In this document: positions 1 through 12,792 of the stretch, piece after piece
Numbering within the stretch: the stretch's first letter is position 1
Layout of the letters: each line of letters opens with the position of its first letter
DNA from: Chrysomallon squamiferum
Taxonomy: Eukaryota; Animalia; Mollusca
Length of the DNA stretch: 64,000 bases
Reading direction: 5' to 3'
Assembly (NCBI GenBank): GCA_012295275.1
Contig: CM022669.1
Coordinates: 6,572,001 to 6,636,000 of the forward strand
Notes under the pieces: model-generated
What the model saw: only the letters and a program-made list of their open reading frames with translations
What the model was told of the DNA's origin: nothing
Databases searched by the model: none
Position numbers and translations under genes: made by a program

Positions 1-2989
1 TTTTCTACATAAAAGAATTTAAAAAATGAATAAAACAGTTAAAAAAGAAAATCATACACATGGAGAAATAAATAGTATTTTCACAAGTTGTATGAAATAT
101 TTCTGTTATGGTTTTCAAAAACCAAATGTATAGTATTATGGTTAATGTCAACAATGACCACTTTGAGATGTATCAGAATGTAATATAACTGCAAATAAAA
201 AAAGCATGAACAACAATGTTTGAACATTTTATCAAGCATGTGACTAGTAAGCTTAATCTTTTCATATACATATTAGTAATAATAATAGTTATAATAATAA
301 TAATAATGTGATTTTCTAAGCAGATGTTCTAAATGTAGATAAAATGTGGTGATATTTACTGTGATAATATAGTTCTTAGGGAGCTTATTAAGACTGATCA
401 TGTGGATTTACCACAAAACAGTTGCTCTGACAAACTGAACAAAACACTTCAATTATTAGAAAAAAAAAAAAATCAACAACAAATAATATCAAAAAGTAAA
501 TAATAGTAGTAATAATAATACACATAAAAAAAAAGTGCTGGAGATTCTGTATTTTCTTATTAGATGTAAATATTTAACTGGTATCAAAACAAACATTAGT
601 TACCACGGTTACACAATGTACATTCAAAATATCTTTCTACATATTCAGACAATGTTAATATTCAGTGAACAAATATATAACAAGTACAGCTACAACAAAA
701 AATAAATAAACAAAAAATAAATCCAGCTTACAATTTGTATACAGACATCATTAAATGAGATGGAATAATAAATTTACACATCAAATTAGCCTTCAAATAC
801 ACTGAACCAAATGAACAACATTTATTTAAATTATAAATATATTTAAAACTGTTTCAGATGTTAGTATTTCAAAAATTTTGTCATTTCTTTTTCTTTTTCT
901 AAAACAGAAAACAAGGGTAAGACAAAAAAGTATTTTTACAGGTTAAAAACAAGTTTCATTTTAGCAGCTTCACTAGTTTAGTCCAACAAAATGTCTTTAT
1001 GAAATTATTTCAAACCATGTAACTTTTCTTTATCAATCAATGTACTTTCTTTCAACAAGAAATAACTGCATTATCAAACATAATGAAAATGTCATTTAAG
1101 ACAACTTATCTTTAATTTTAAGGTTTTATTTTTAAAATCTCAGCTGATGAAATATATTGCTAACAAAATGCTCATAAAATTTATTTTCAACTTACTTTAA
1201 ATTTTTAGTGCGTAAATGCCAAGTAATAAAAACCCCAAGTAAATCTACAGATATAAAAGGTAATAAGACGAATTTAAAACCATTGTTTGCAAATGTATTC
1301 TCTGTATTTAATATTTGTTCAAATCTTCTCAGGTTAATAAAGTAACACTTTCTGTTTTACAAAAGGAAATGTTCACAACATTATCAACTACATCTACTTG
1401 AAATACAGTAACCCTAACTGCAATCACAATGACGACTTAGTAACAAAATTATAAATCTAACTCCATGTTTGTTTTGATTTTTTAAGCAAGACATTTATCA
1501 CACTACACATATGAGAAATAAAAGACATTAGTTATAATTTGTTTTGATATCTTCCTTTTGTTCAGTGAGTACACTTCTGTGGTTCAGTTTCCACTCCAAA
1601 CCGTTGTTTGGTCAGACATTACAATGTTGTGACCTTAAGTTTCCACAATCAGTCCCTTCCATTCATTCATACCTGACTTTTTTTTTTTATCATTTCACCG
1701 GAATTGAGAAATAACCTGTCCAAAATATAATCTTCAGAATATTTTGTACCAAAATTAATCTTTAATTTCTGACCGAAAAAGGAAATAGGAATAATTTTTC
1801 CATCTATGACATATTTAATGAGTTGAAACACTGCTCTAATGATAATTATAACCTCTCTAAGTATACTCTAAATAAACAGTGTAATTGTCATTTGATTCAA
1901 AGTTTTCTCTTCTACTGGTAACTATAATGACAGAACACTCATCTGTGCATAAAACTTTCCACAAATCATTTTTACAATTAACTGGAAAATATTTCGGTAC
2001 ATATCAGAATTTGTTCTGTATAGATTATTAGAATTAACACATTCTTAAAATGTTTCATACACATGTGATTCAAAATTAATATTCAGGATGAGTAAATATC
2101 ACAAGAAATTATTTATATCTTTAAATGTTTCATCACCAATTTCTCTATGAATGGTATTATAAATTAAAACTCTTTTAACCCTTTGGACTTAGGCCATTTT
2201 TGAAATACCTGAAAAGCTGAGAAATCGGTCATTGATAATTACTCTGTTTAATGGTTGGCAAATGTGGCTTAACTGTACAATAACTCAACTTTTAACATTA
2301 GAAATCTTCAGCATTGTTATTGACAGTATTGTTTGGATGTTTTAAGGTGGATGTTTTAAGGTTATGGGGGGGGAAGGAAAAAAGGACATGGAATCCAAAG
2401 GATTAAAGAGTCACTTTAAGAACTGAGTGTTAAGAAATCTTAAATCTGTTCAGAAGTTACGTCTAAAATAATGTTTTAAGTTTTCTGTCAGCACTGATTG
2501 ATCCCTTCATAACCATTCAAAACAAGCAAGACAGCATTTGTCAAATTTCTTTTCCATAAATTACTGCATCATGAAAGCTTTGACCTTTTTGTGAGATCTG
2601 TACATATTTCATTTTGATTTATGTAAAGTTAATAAACCGACTTGAACATATTTCACTCATCATATATATAAATATATATGTGTATTTTCATCTGAGAGAA
2701 AAATATCATTCTATTTCCTACAAAAATGTTCTTCAAATGACTAATATATATTTCATAAAATGTATTAAGTGTTTCATTCAGACATACAATGCTCCACATC
2801 TGCATAAACTGTTTCACTTCTTCAAAAAGTCTTCTGATCTTCTTTAATGTACTAAGTCAGATGTATAAAGTGTTTTATTTCTGTGTAATGTCTCAAATAA
2901 TGGTCCAGATGTATAACGTGTTCCAATATAGAGGTACTTCACATAATATGTAATGTACTGTATTTCATAATAAATGTTCCATTTCAAAA

Positions 2990-3210
2990 GAAAATGTTCC
3001 ATATGTTTCACTTCAATAAAAATATTTCCATATAACGATACACTTGAATGAAGTGTTCCATGTTTCACTTCAGCATAAATGTTTGCTTATGTCTCACTAA
3101 GTGTTCTGTAGTTTGTTTCACGTCAGTACAAAGTGTTCCACACAGCATTTCACTTCAGTACACACTGTTCCATACAATGTTTCACTCCGGTACAAAGTGT
3201 TCTGTACAGA
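2990..3210. repeat. Degenerate ~30-60 bp tandem repeat (core TGTTTCACTTCAG...GTGTTCCA) in the PTPN9 3' UTR
   Basis: Recurring tgtttcac(t/g)tca and gtgttcca motifs near 3004, 3061, 3114, 3148 and 3178. Confidence 0.6.
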
Positions 3211-3258
3211 GTAGAAACAAATGTGTGCTGTGTGTTAACCACCACCACATCATCATCA

Positions 3259-6200
3259 TCAGAAATCACTGTCACTGTCACTCTCCTCCAAGCCTGTCCA
3301 GTCAATTTCTTTGAGCATGCCCTGGCGTACGGCATGCTCAATTACAGCCAGATGGCAGAAGACATACTGGTCAGGCACCTGAATGCTGAATGCCCTCTGT
3401 TTGCGGATACGTCGCACAGTCTCTCTGATGTCCACTGTCCCTATGTCCTCCAGTCGTCGCAGAGATATATCAATCGTTATGAAGGTACCTGAAAGTTATG
3501 GTATGTAAGATTACAAATGTCTTGAAAGTTTGGCTGTATGAAGTTATCAATGTAAAAACTCAGGTATATAAAGTTATCAAGGTACCAGTTAATAATGGTA
3601 TATAATCTTATAATAATATATGTGTCTGTAAAGTTTTAAAAATTTTGGTTATATAAAGTTATTAGTGTATCTGAAAACCATAGTATGTAAAGCTATAATT
3701 GTACCTGAAAACTATGGTACGTAAATTTACAAATGTATCTGAAGTATAAAGTTATAAATATATCTGAAAATAATGTTATATAAACTTATTAAAATAGTGT
3801 ATATAAAGTTTTAAATGTAAGGAAACGTTTGGGATAAAGCTAATAACATACTGAGAACCATGGTATATAAAGTTATAAAGGAACCTGAAAATCACAGCAT
3901 ATGAGGTTATCAATGTACCTAAAAATTATTGTCTAGAAAATTATAGATGTACCTGTTCGGCCAATGCCTGCACTACAGTGGACAATTATTGGAGGTCCCC
4001 TGGGGTGACCCTCCCATGAAGACCCCATTTGTTTGGTAGCATTTTCCTGGCACTGCCGGACTCGGAACAGGTAGTCAAGGAAACCTGTAGCAGGAGGTAT
4101 ACCATAATCAGGCCAGCTAGTAAACTGCAGGTGAGTTACCTCCCTTGATTCTCCAGTCTGTAACAATGAAGTATGCCAATTTAAAACATAACTAATTTAA
4201 TAATTATAATAAATCATGTAAATATTTCAAAATTGTCTTATCTATCTTTCCTGTGTAAACACATGCATGCACGACAGAGTGTCAAATTTTTTAAAATTTT
4301 GTTTAAACTGACAATCAAATAAATAAACCAGTATTTCAGTGAACATGTGTGATTGTATGTTTATGTATTATATCTATTTTTCTACTTACTTAATCTACCT
4401 ATAAATTAAAGCAATAAACAGCTGTACCTTAGTATTGTGTAACATAAGTTTAGTTTCTGTGAAGTCTTTCTGATTCTGAATTGCTTTGTTGTAAACAACA
4501 AACTCCTCAAACTGCTCCTCAGTGTTTGTCTCGTTTGGCCAGTACTGACCACACTTCATCCTCTGTCTCTCTATTGTCCTATGAAAAATAAAAATAATAA
4601 TAAATCTTTAAAACAAATACTGAATGTATATTTAAATATACAATCTATTCATTTTCATTTCAATGTTTATTATTCTGCTTTTAGAAATGTTAGAAATGTG
4701 GTGACAGATTACTGGATCACTCCTTATTTTTTTTTAACCACTGGGTGCTTACCCGTTCCAGCCAAGCTCCATGATACTAACAGTGACAAACATTCAAGTA
4801 CAAGACAAATGTGCCTAAGTTATGCATTAAAGATAAAATATTTTTTTTTAATGTTTAGAATTGGATGTGATTCACAGGCTATCTCCATAATACTTTAAAA
4901 TCAGAAAAAATATTAAGTCCAGGATAAAAAGAGTCTTATTAATTATTCTAGGTAAGAGATTTTATTCTAGGTAAAATTAAAGAGAACTTTGAAAAACTGC
5001 AACTATTCAACATCAATCACTAAAAATGCATACATTTTGAAAATGCTATTCTGCTACTGCGCAGAGATCATAAAGTATTAAAATATAACACATACTTTGT
5101 TGTCATGACAATGACATGACACTGGCTGTTCCAAACCATTGACCAAAAATCCAAAAATGTTTTTGGTAAAGGACCTGCAAGCAACAGTAACATATAATTT
5201 AATTTAATTTTTATTTCTGTGTAATAAGACTGTTAGAGCACAGAGATTAAATAATAAACTCAAAAATGACTTATCTAAGTTATTTTTAGTATTAAAAGCT
5301 ACCCGTGGGTTTCTTTATAATGTATTCACTGATTAAAATTATCACAGTAGCTAAACAACCAAGGCAGGTTTCTGAGAATTTAAATTCTACCTTATCAACA
5401 CTGTAAAAGACAAACCTTTAAGGTAACGACAAACATACACTAACTGATACAGTTAACGACAAACATACTTTTTGCTGCAGACATAAACTGACCTTGTGTT
5501 GAGATGTAAGCATTTTTCTGACAGTAACCATCTACATAGTTGGCGTTGATGTAATCAGAGGTGGGATCTCCATCAACGAGAGGCAGTTTTACCCGACTGT
5601 TATCAAAACATAAAACATCCGTGTAGCGGTTCTTCGGCAGATTGTGTTTAGCTCTGCAAACAATCAGACATCGTCAAGTCATTTACTTAAACTTAAAGAC
5701 ATTGTGGTGGATGAATAATATCTGATTTAATCAATTTCTTTACACATTCAAGTTGTTATTTTATTGGTTTGGGCAAACCAATCTTTGTTCAAAACAAAGC
5801 ATCGCAAAATAATTATGTTACAAAAGATGTGATGACCTCCATTTTACTCCTTCACATTCAGAGTTATGTCATTGTGTACATGGCAGACTGATAGCTGAAT
5901 TTGTATTTCTGTGTCGTGAACAATAAACTTACCACTACAGAAAAACAGCTGTGTCATGGTATTTTTTAACTGAACTCTTTTGTTGTAATACTTAATTTTT
6001 GAGAATGGACAGTAAAAAAATAAAAAACCAAATAAACCAACATGAAAGTGTGTAGAATATATTTACATTATTTCTCTGTATCACTGGCATAAACACACAC
6101 ACACACACACACGCAAAATAAATAATAATATTAATTTTTTTGTTTAGCTATCAGCAGACATCCATAAATTTTTTTTTTTTAAATAAATAAAACTGAACAC

Positions 6201-9200
6201 ATTCTTACTTGGAAGCATGAAATGTTCCACTTGGAGCTTCCATTTTGATGGAGGCATATTCAGAGAACAATCCTTTTCGCCTCAGTAATTTAACATGTTC
6301 AACCAATGTGTTTAAATCCATGCCTCCCTCATCTGGCATGTGGATTGAATCATCGAGAATATTAGACCCAGACGAATGAGGTCTTTTTTTCCTCGGCAAG
6401 TCTGTGTCTTGGACAGCCACTTCCCCGTTCACGTTTTCCGAACAGACAGAACCACGTTTCCGAGTTTCTGACAGTTTTGAATCCTGTCTCTTCAGCGGCT
6501 TGTCGAGTTTCTCGTCAGACACCTCTTTTTCAATGTTCTCATTTTCTCTCTGCTTCTCCTGATCTTCGCTGTTCTGTTTCTCGTTGACCGTTTCTTTTGA
6601 AGATTCCGAGTCCATGTCGCTGAAGTGGATATCTCCGTCGCTGGACAAACTGCGGGTCACCGAACTACGCGAATCACCGTCGCCTATGGAGCTGTGTGAT
6701 CTCTTGCGTGAGATGAAATATGAGTCCATGTCAGCAGTCTGACAAGAAGAAACCTTGTGACACAGGTCTATCCAGTCTTTGTGACTGGACGCGACAGTTC
6801 CCCTAGACACCTCGGCAGAGTGTCTTTCGGTATGTACTGTGTTAGCTGAGACAAGTTTACAGTAAACACCTAAATGTACAAAAATAAAATATGCTGATAA
6901 ATAAAAATTCCCATACTATTTACTTATATTACATACAAAGTTTAATAAATATGTGAAACAATAAGCTGGCTGCAGTTACTATGTTATAATATCATTCATC
7001 ATCAACAAATATGTTTTTTTAAAATGCTGCATAAAGCAGGTACTCTGTCTTTAATGTACAAGCTGCAACAGAAACTAGTCAGTTTTTTGATGGATGAATA
7101 AATATTTGTTTAACAATATCTTAAGTCACTTTAATATTAAAGGTATATCTTAATGATGAGCATCTAAAAAGAAAAAAAGAAATTAAAATCTATTCCAGCC
7201 AATTAGCTCAACTACAAATAATAATTTTATTTGAAAAAAACCGAAGAAAACACACATCAAGATACACCACTTCCGGATATATAGTAGGTTACAAAAAAAA
7301 AGATAAATTACAATGAATTAGGTATGTGTTACGAGAGAAAAGAATACTATCAAAACAACAGGAAACACTTATCAAGATGTCTGATACATCACATCTACAG
7401 AAACATCTTTTTTTCTTCTTTAAGATAATAATTAAATTTCAATGACAGACCTATAACTAAATTTATTTTGTGTTGTCATGTGACAGACTACATACCCTGT
7501 CTCGAAGTTTTTCTCTGACAAAAAGTCGAAGAATTTTAAATGGTGCCTTGAACCACAGTGGTGCTGTCACTATCAGCACTCTCTTCAGTCTGGCTGGGAA
7601 TCCTCCCTGAAGTCAACACAGAAAATACACAGCTTATAAGTTACAGAATAATTACGTAAATTAACTAATACGTTACTGAATAAGTGCTTTCTATTATTTC
7701 AAAATAAAAAACAAAGTCACCTTTTAATTATGAAATAAATAAATAAATAATTGAATGAATGAATGAATAAATAGTTTCTATTAAGTCAAAATATAAGAAA
7801 ACATTATCTTTTAATTATACAAATTATGAAATAAACAAATAAATAAATGGTTTCTTCAAAATAGAGACAAAGTCATCATTTTTTTAAACAATCTAATTTG
7901 TTTTTATTTCTAAACCAAAGCTTCAGTTTCAGACAGTTAGGGAAGGTTCCTCAAAAAACTAATGAATATTCTCAATGTTTTAAAAACTATCAAACTTTAT
8001 GATTGATGAATACATATTTAACAACATTTTAATAATAATGGATATATGATACAAATATATTATTTATAGCAATGAGGAAATAAAACCAACTACCATCATC
8101 GTCTGTTATAAATCAGAATATAAAATCAAGGGGATATATTGTCATGAAACTGAATTAGCAGGCTATCTCAATCTACCTGCACTTACCTTTAACAAGTTAA
8201 GTATTTTGATACTAAGTTCGTAGTCAAAATTAGCGTATTTAGAATCAGTCATATCATAGATGAACACCAGCCCATGACGCTGAGTTTCAAAACTGAAAAA
8301 TAAAATTAAAAATGTGCTTTTCATAATTAACAGTCTACTTCTGTAATTACAATTAACAGACATCAATGATTAAAAAATTACAATAATAATAATGGATATA
8401 AGAAACAAAAAAAAAGAAAGTTTAAAAAAGTCAGCATACCTCTGCAAGGCTGTGTCCAGTTGGTAGATAAGGCTCTTCAGAACAATTTGGTGGGTGGTCT
8501 GAGGTGGATGATGGGCACGGGCAGTGAACAGAGCAATAGCAGCACCACTGTTATCTCGACCAGACTTAAAAAAAAAAAAAAATAAAATAAAATAATAATA
8601 TCCCAATAATTAAGTTAGAAGAAAAGAAATTCATTTCAAGAAATAACAATTATTTTTTTTCCTTTTATATTTCTAATCCTAATCATTGTTATGAAACAAG
8701 TTTGTGGTAAAGTAAAACCCATGTCTGACCTCTCAGAAAACTCTGTGCAGTACACTCACCAGTACAGTAAATTTTTCTGTAGCAATTTCACGCTGCAGAA
8801 GTTTATCTGCTGGATCTATGTATACCAACTCTTCTTTGTTTCTAACACTCTGTGAGAAAAAGTAAACAAGTAAACAAATTAAAAACAAACACATTACTTT
8901 TATAATAACAATTGAAAAATAATTAATATAAAAAATATATACATAATTGCATATCAGTATTTCTGAAAGACATTATTCTCATATTAGTTTTTGATATGAC
9001 TGTTTAGAAATATATAAACAAATTTACTTTTTCAGATAAACTTTTCAGGTTTTTTTTGCAAAAAGAAGTGCATATATTCAGATGGCACAATAATAATGGA
9101 TAACATCACCATATACCCATAATAGGTAGAAATATGGTTTATCAAATTTCATTTTTTAAATACTATCCTAACATTTTTGAGAAGAGGCTGCATACTATTT

Positions 9201-10251
9201 GTGCTAGAGTTTCCAAATTTGGAATATATATATTTAAAAATAAATACTAAAAAATGACAAAATAAAATCTTGTAATATAATCTTTATCCAGTTTTCTGAT
9301 GTTTTAAATATGAATGAAAAAATATTATTTTTTTCTTTTAATTATTTCTTTCTGTTATTTTGTAGAAATACATGACTATATTGAACTCCAGCAGTTTAAA
9401 TGATATATATATATACTGGTTTGGGTTGGAGAGATTCATTAAAAGGGGAACTATAATATTAAAAATAGACATTTGCCTTAAAAGAATAAACTAGAACAAG
9501 TTTGATATGGTAATAAATGTGGATTATTTCCATCAAATTTCAGTTCTGTAACATAAAAAATATTGATTTTTGTTATTTCTGTCATCATGTCCCCTTAATA
9601 CTGTTTTATCTAATTTAACTAGGAAAAAACTATGAAATTATTGTATTTGGGTATCTACAAGTTATTTGAACAGAGATGGAGTTCCAATCTGCATTCATAT
9701 CAGAAAACAGAATTCACTGCATGACAGTTCTTGGCTATCAACTTATCAACAGTGCAAATCAAATAAAATTATAACAACACATACATTTCAACTTTTTTCA
9801 AATTATAAATAAATAAATAATAATTAAACAAAATAAAATGAGAAATTTAACTTGCCTCGTGTGCATAAAACAATTCTACTGCTCTTCTAACATCAAACTT
9901 TCTGGCCATAACAAACTTGACTCCTGTGACCCATGGCACTGGTGCCAAGCGACGTCGCAGTCTTACTTTGTTCACCTCTTCTAGAAATCTCTGCACTGCC
10001 TGAGAAGCACAAAATTAAAACATCCTAGACATCAAACAGGTATTAGAGGAGGGAATGCACAACAGATGGAGAGAGCAGAAACACACTTTGGAAATATAGA
10101 GTGAAAACAGAAAGAATGAAGGAGAAAAAGGAGCGATAAAGTGGATTGGATAAAGAAAGCTGAAGAAAAAAAAGAAGTGACAGAGACAGAAAGCAAGAAA
10201 AATAACAGAATTGTTTTTTAAAAAGCAGCAGATAGAAAATCAGAACTGAAA

Positions 10252-10308
<57 letters not shown>

Positions 10309-12792
10309 AAAAAAAACCACAAAAAGTTCTCTAAATTAATTGAAACATCAGAAACATAATGCAACTATTAATAAATTCAGGCAGGAAATACAATTTTAGT
10401 TATGGTACATAATTCAACTAATTTAGTAGTTTATAGTAATACTTATAATTGTTCTGTGAAAGTCTAAGCAAAATGCAAATCTTTGAAAAATTTTATTATT
10501 CCTGGAAGAAAAACCTGTTTGAACAAAACCTCTGGTCTTAATAAGAGTCGCAATTTTAAGCTATTATAAAACATGATTTGTATCATTTGTAATCATTTTA
10601 CGTTTATACTGTCTTTGGATCACTGCACAATTTTACATACACAGCTTTATGAAGTACATATTGATTACATAACAAGATAACTGAAAACAATTAAAGGCTG
10701 CCTGGAAGTGTACCTTGGGTAAATCTATAGCTCACAAGTTATTTTAATCTTGATAGCTTGCCAGGAAGCACTTGTCAAAGCAACTTCCGGAATTCAACTT
10801 AATCGACAGCATAGACATAATCTTATACATGCCAATATGCATGTGTGTATATTTATATGTGGTGTATATATGCGGATGTGACTGTGCTTTTGTGTGTAAA
10901 TATCTGTAGAGAGGTTTGAATAAGTGAGTGAGTGAGTGACTGTGTGTGTGTGTGTGAGATTACACCTGTCTGTTTCAGGATATGTGTGCATGTATTTATG
11001 TGTAGGTGTGATTGTGTTTGTGCTAATTTTTCAAACATATTTTTATATGGAATATCATCATAAGAAAACCACAAACAATATCTATATTAAAGTCTTAATA
11101 ATATATGTTACTAATACAGTTCAAAACAGGTAAAAGATTTGCCTCAGAGCTTATACATTTGAAACTGTATTTGGTATTCAGTTTATTTATTTAAATATAA
11201 ACATTTCTCTTCTTATTTCTTTTATTTTTCATTCAAACCATCTAAAGCTTGTTATTAGTTGCTTGTGTTAGTATCATGCTAACAATATTTAAGTATTCAA
11301 TTTAAAATACATTAATTTTTGTCTCTTTTATATATTCATGTTTAGCCTTATAAATTATAAATAAAAATAAAAATATATTAATAATAGTTTAAACAGATTT
11401 ATACAGAGAAAAAAAGAATACCATTTAAAAACACATAAATATATTTTTTATTTTTTATTTTTTTTTAAATAATAATAAAAATAAAATTAGGGAATACAGT
11501 TTTAATTTTAATTTTTGGTTTTAAAGATTTAGTAAGGTGAATAAGTGGTAATGAGGTCAGTAAAGAGTAAATCATGTTTAAAATGCCATTACCTTACTCC
11601 TATCACTAAAAGGATAGAAAACCAAAATATTTATTTAAATTAATTTGGTGAAAAGGAATACTTGGTAAAATAAATATTTAAATATAAAATGCTTAACCGA
11701 ATATTGCACTTGTGATATGACATGTTTCAAATAACCCAAAGAATTGTAAGAAATATTCTTTATAATAATTATCAGGTTTTTGTGATAGATTTTCTATGTA
11801 AAATAATTAAATGGTCTATTTTTTCTATCTATTTATGATATGAATTAACTTGATACATTAATAAACAAAAATATCTGATAAATGAAGGATAGTAATTAAA
11901 AGAACAGACAGTTATTTAATGTAGATGTTACTTGTTGAATGAATATTTTAATATATAACATCGTAACATATTTCAATATTAATGATTATTAGGTCCGATT
12001 CTGAATTATGCATGTTTTTCACACAATTCTGAAATGACATAAGAAAACAAATGTCCTGGACTTTGATAGATTAGGCATTGGAAATGAACTTGTGAAATGC
12101 ATTGAGGTGGATGGATCCTGTGATATAATGCCTTACTGGAAGAAATGAGATAACACTAGTTGTCTTGAAATGAGAAATAAGTAACCAATTTTGGTTTGGG
12201 GTATTTTAAACTTTTCTAGAATTATTTTAGCATTAATATAATACTGGAATGCTAGATATTAAGAACAACAAATTTTATCCAGTAATATTTTTCAAAAGAT
12301 ACCAAGTTCTATTGGTCTGATAATAAAAAAAAATAATAATAAAAAAATCACTGACAACTGCATTTATTAAAAAGATATTCTTGATTATTATTTAAATAAA
12401 AAAGAAAATAAGGGAAAAAAAAAAAAAAAAAAGAAATATAAAATAAAATAATTATTACTATATTAGATAAATTTAAGGAACATAATTTTCAGACTTTTGT
12501 TTATCAACCCAACTTGGTTTAGTATACACTGCCATTTCACAGATACTGTGACAGTCGTCACATCTGAACACATATTCAATTCATTCATCATAGCAGCTGA
12601 GCAAGACTCCGATCACAGACGTTATATTTAGATAACATAAAATCCAAGATTTGGCATTTTAAACCCAACTATTTTGACAGAGATCCTTTCAAATTACTGA
12701 AAAAAATATAAAACAGTAAAATAATTAAGAATAAAAAGATTAATTTACTAATACACCACCTTTTCTTCTTCTTCGGAAAGGGTTGCGGCCAT
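3259..12792 (-). CDS. PTPN9: Tyrosine-protein phosphatase non-receptor type 9 (MEG2; Sec14/CRAL-TRIO + PTP domain). 12 exons: 12792-12760, 9999-9856, 8849-8760, 8564-8440, 8292-8187, 7606-7496, 6869-6209, 5653-5493, 5174-5096, 4578-4428, 4157-3953, 3488-3259. Apparent 1-nt frameshift near 6800-6810.
   Basis: Spliced translation: [22 protein letters not shown]...[17 protein letters not shown]...[14 protein letters not shown]...[14 protein letters not shown]...[19 protein letters not shown] (Sec14 domain of PTPN9), then [67 protein letters not shown] (all PTP motifs). Intron phases are consistent; splice sites are GT/GC-AG. Confidence 0.95.
3489..3952. repeat. ~36-bp degenerate minisatellite filling the last PTPN9 intron
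   Basis: Repeated unit gta(c/t)ctgaaaa...tggtatataaagtta(t/c)aa running from the acceptor to the donor. Confidence 0.7.
10258..10304. repeat. (AG)n microsatellite
   Basis: Seen directly. Confidence 0.95.

Noticed and set aside
3048-3492. Plus-strand ORFs of 88 and 119 aa
   Set aside because: They are antisense shadows of the PTPN9 last exon and its UTR repeat.
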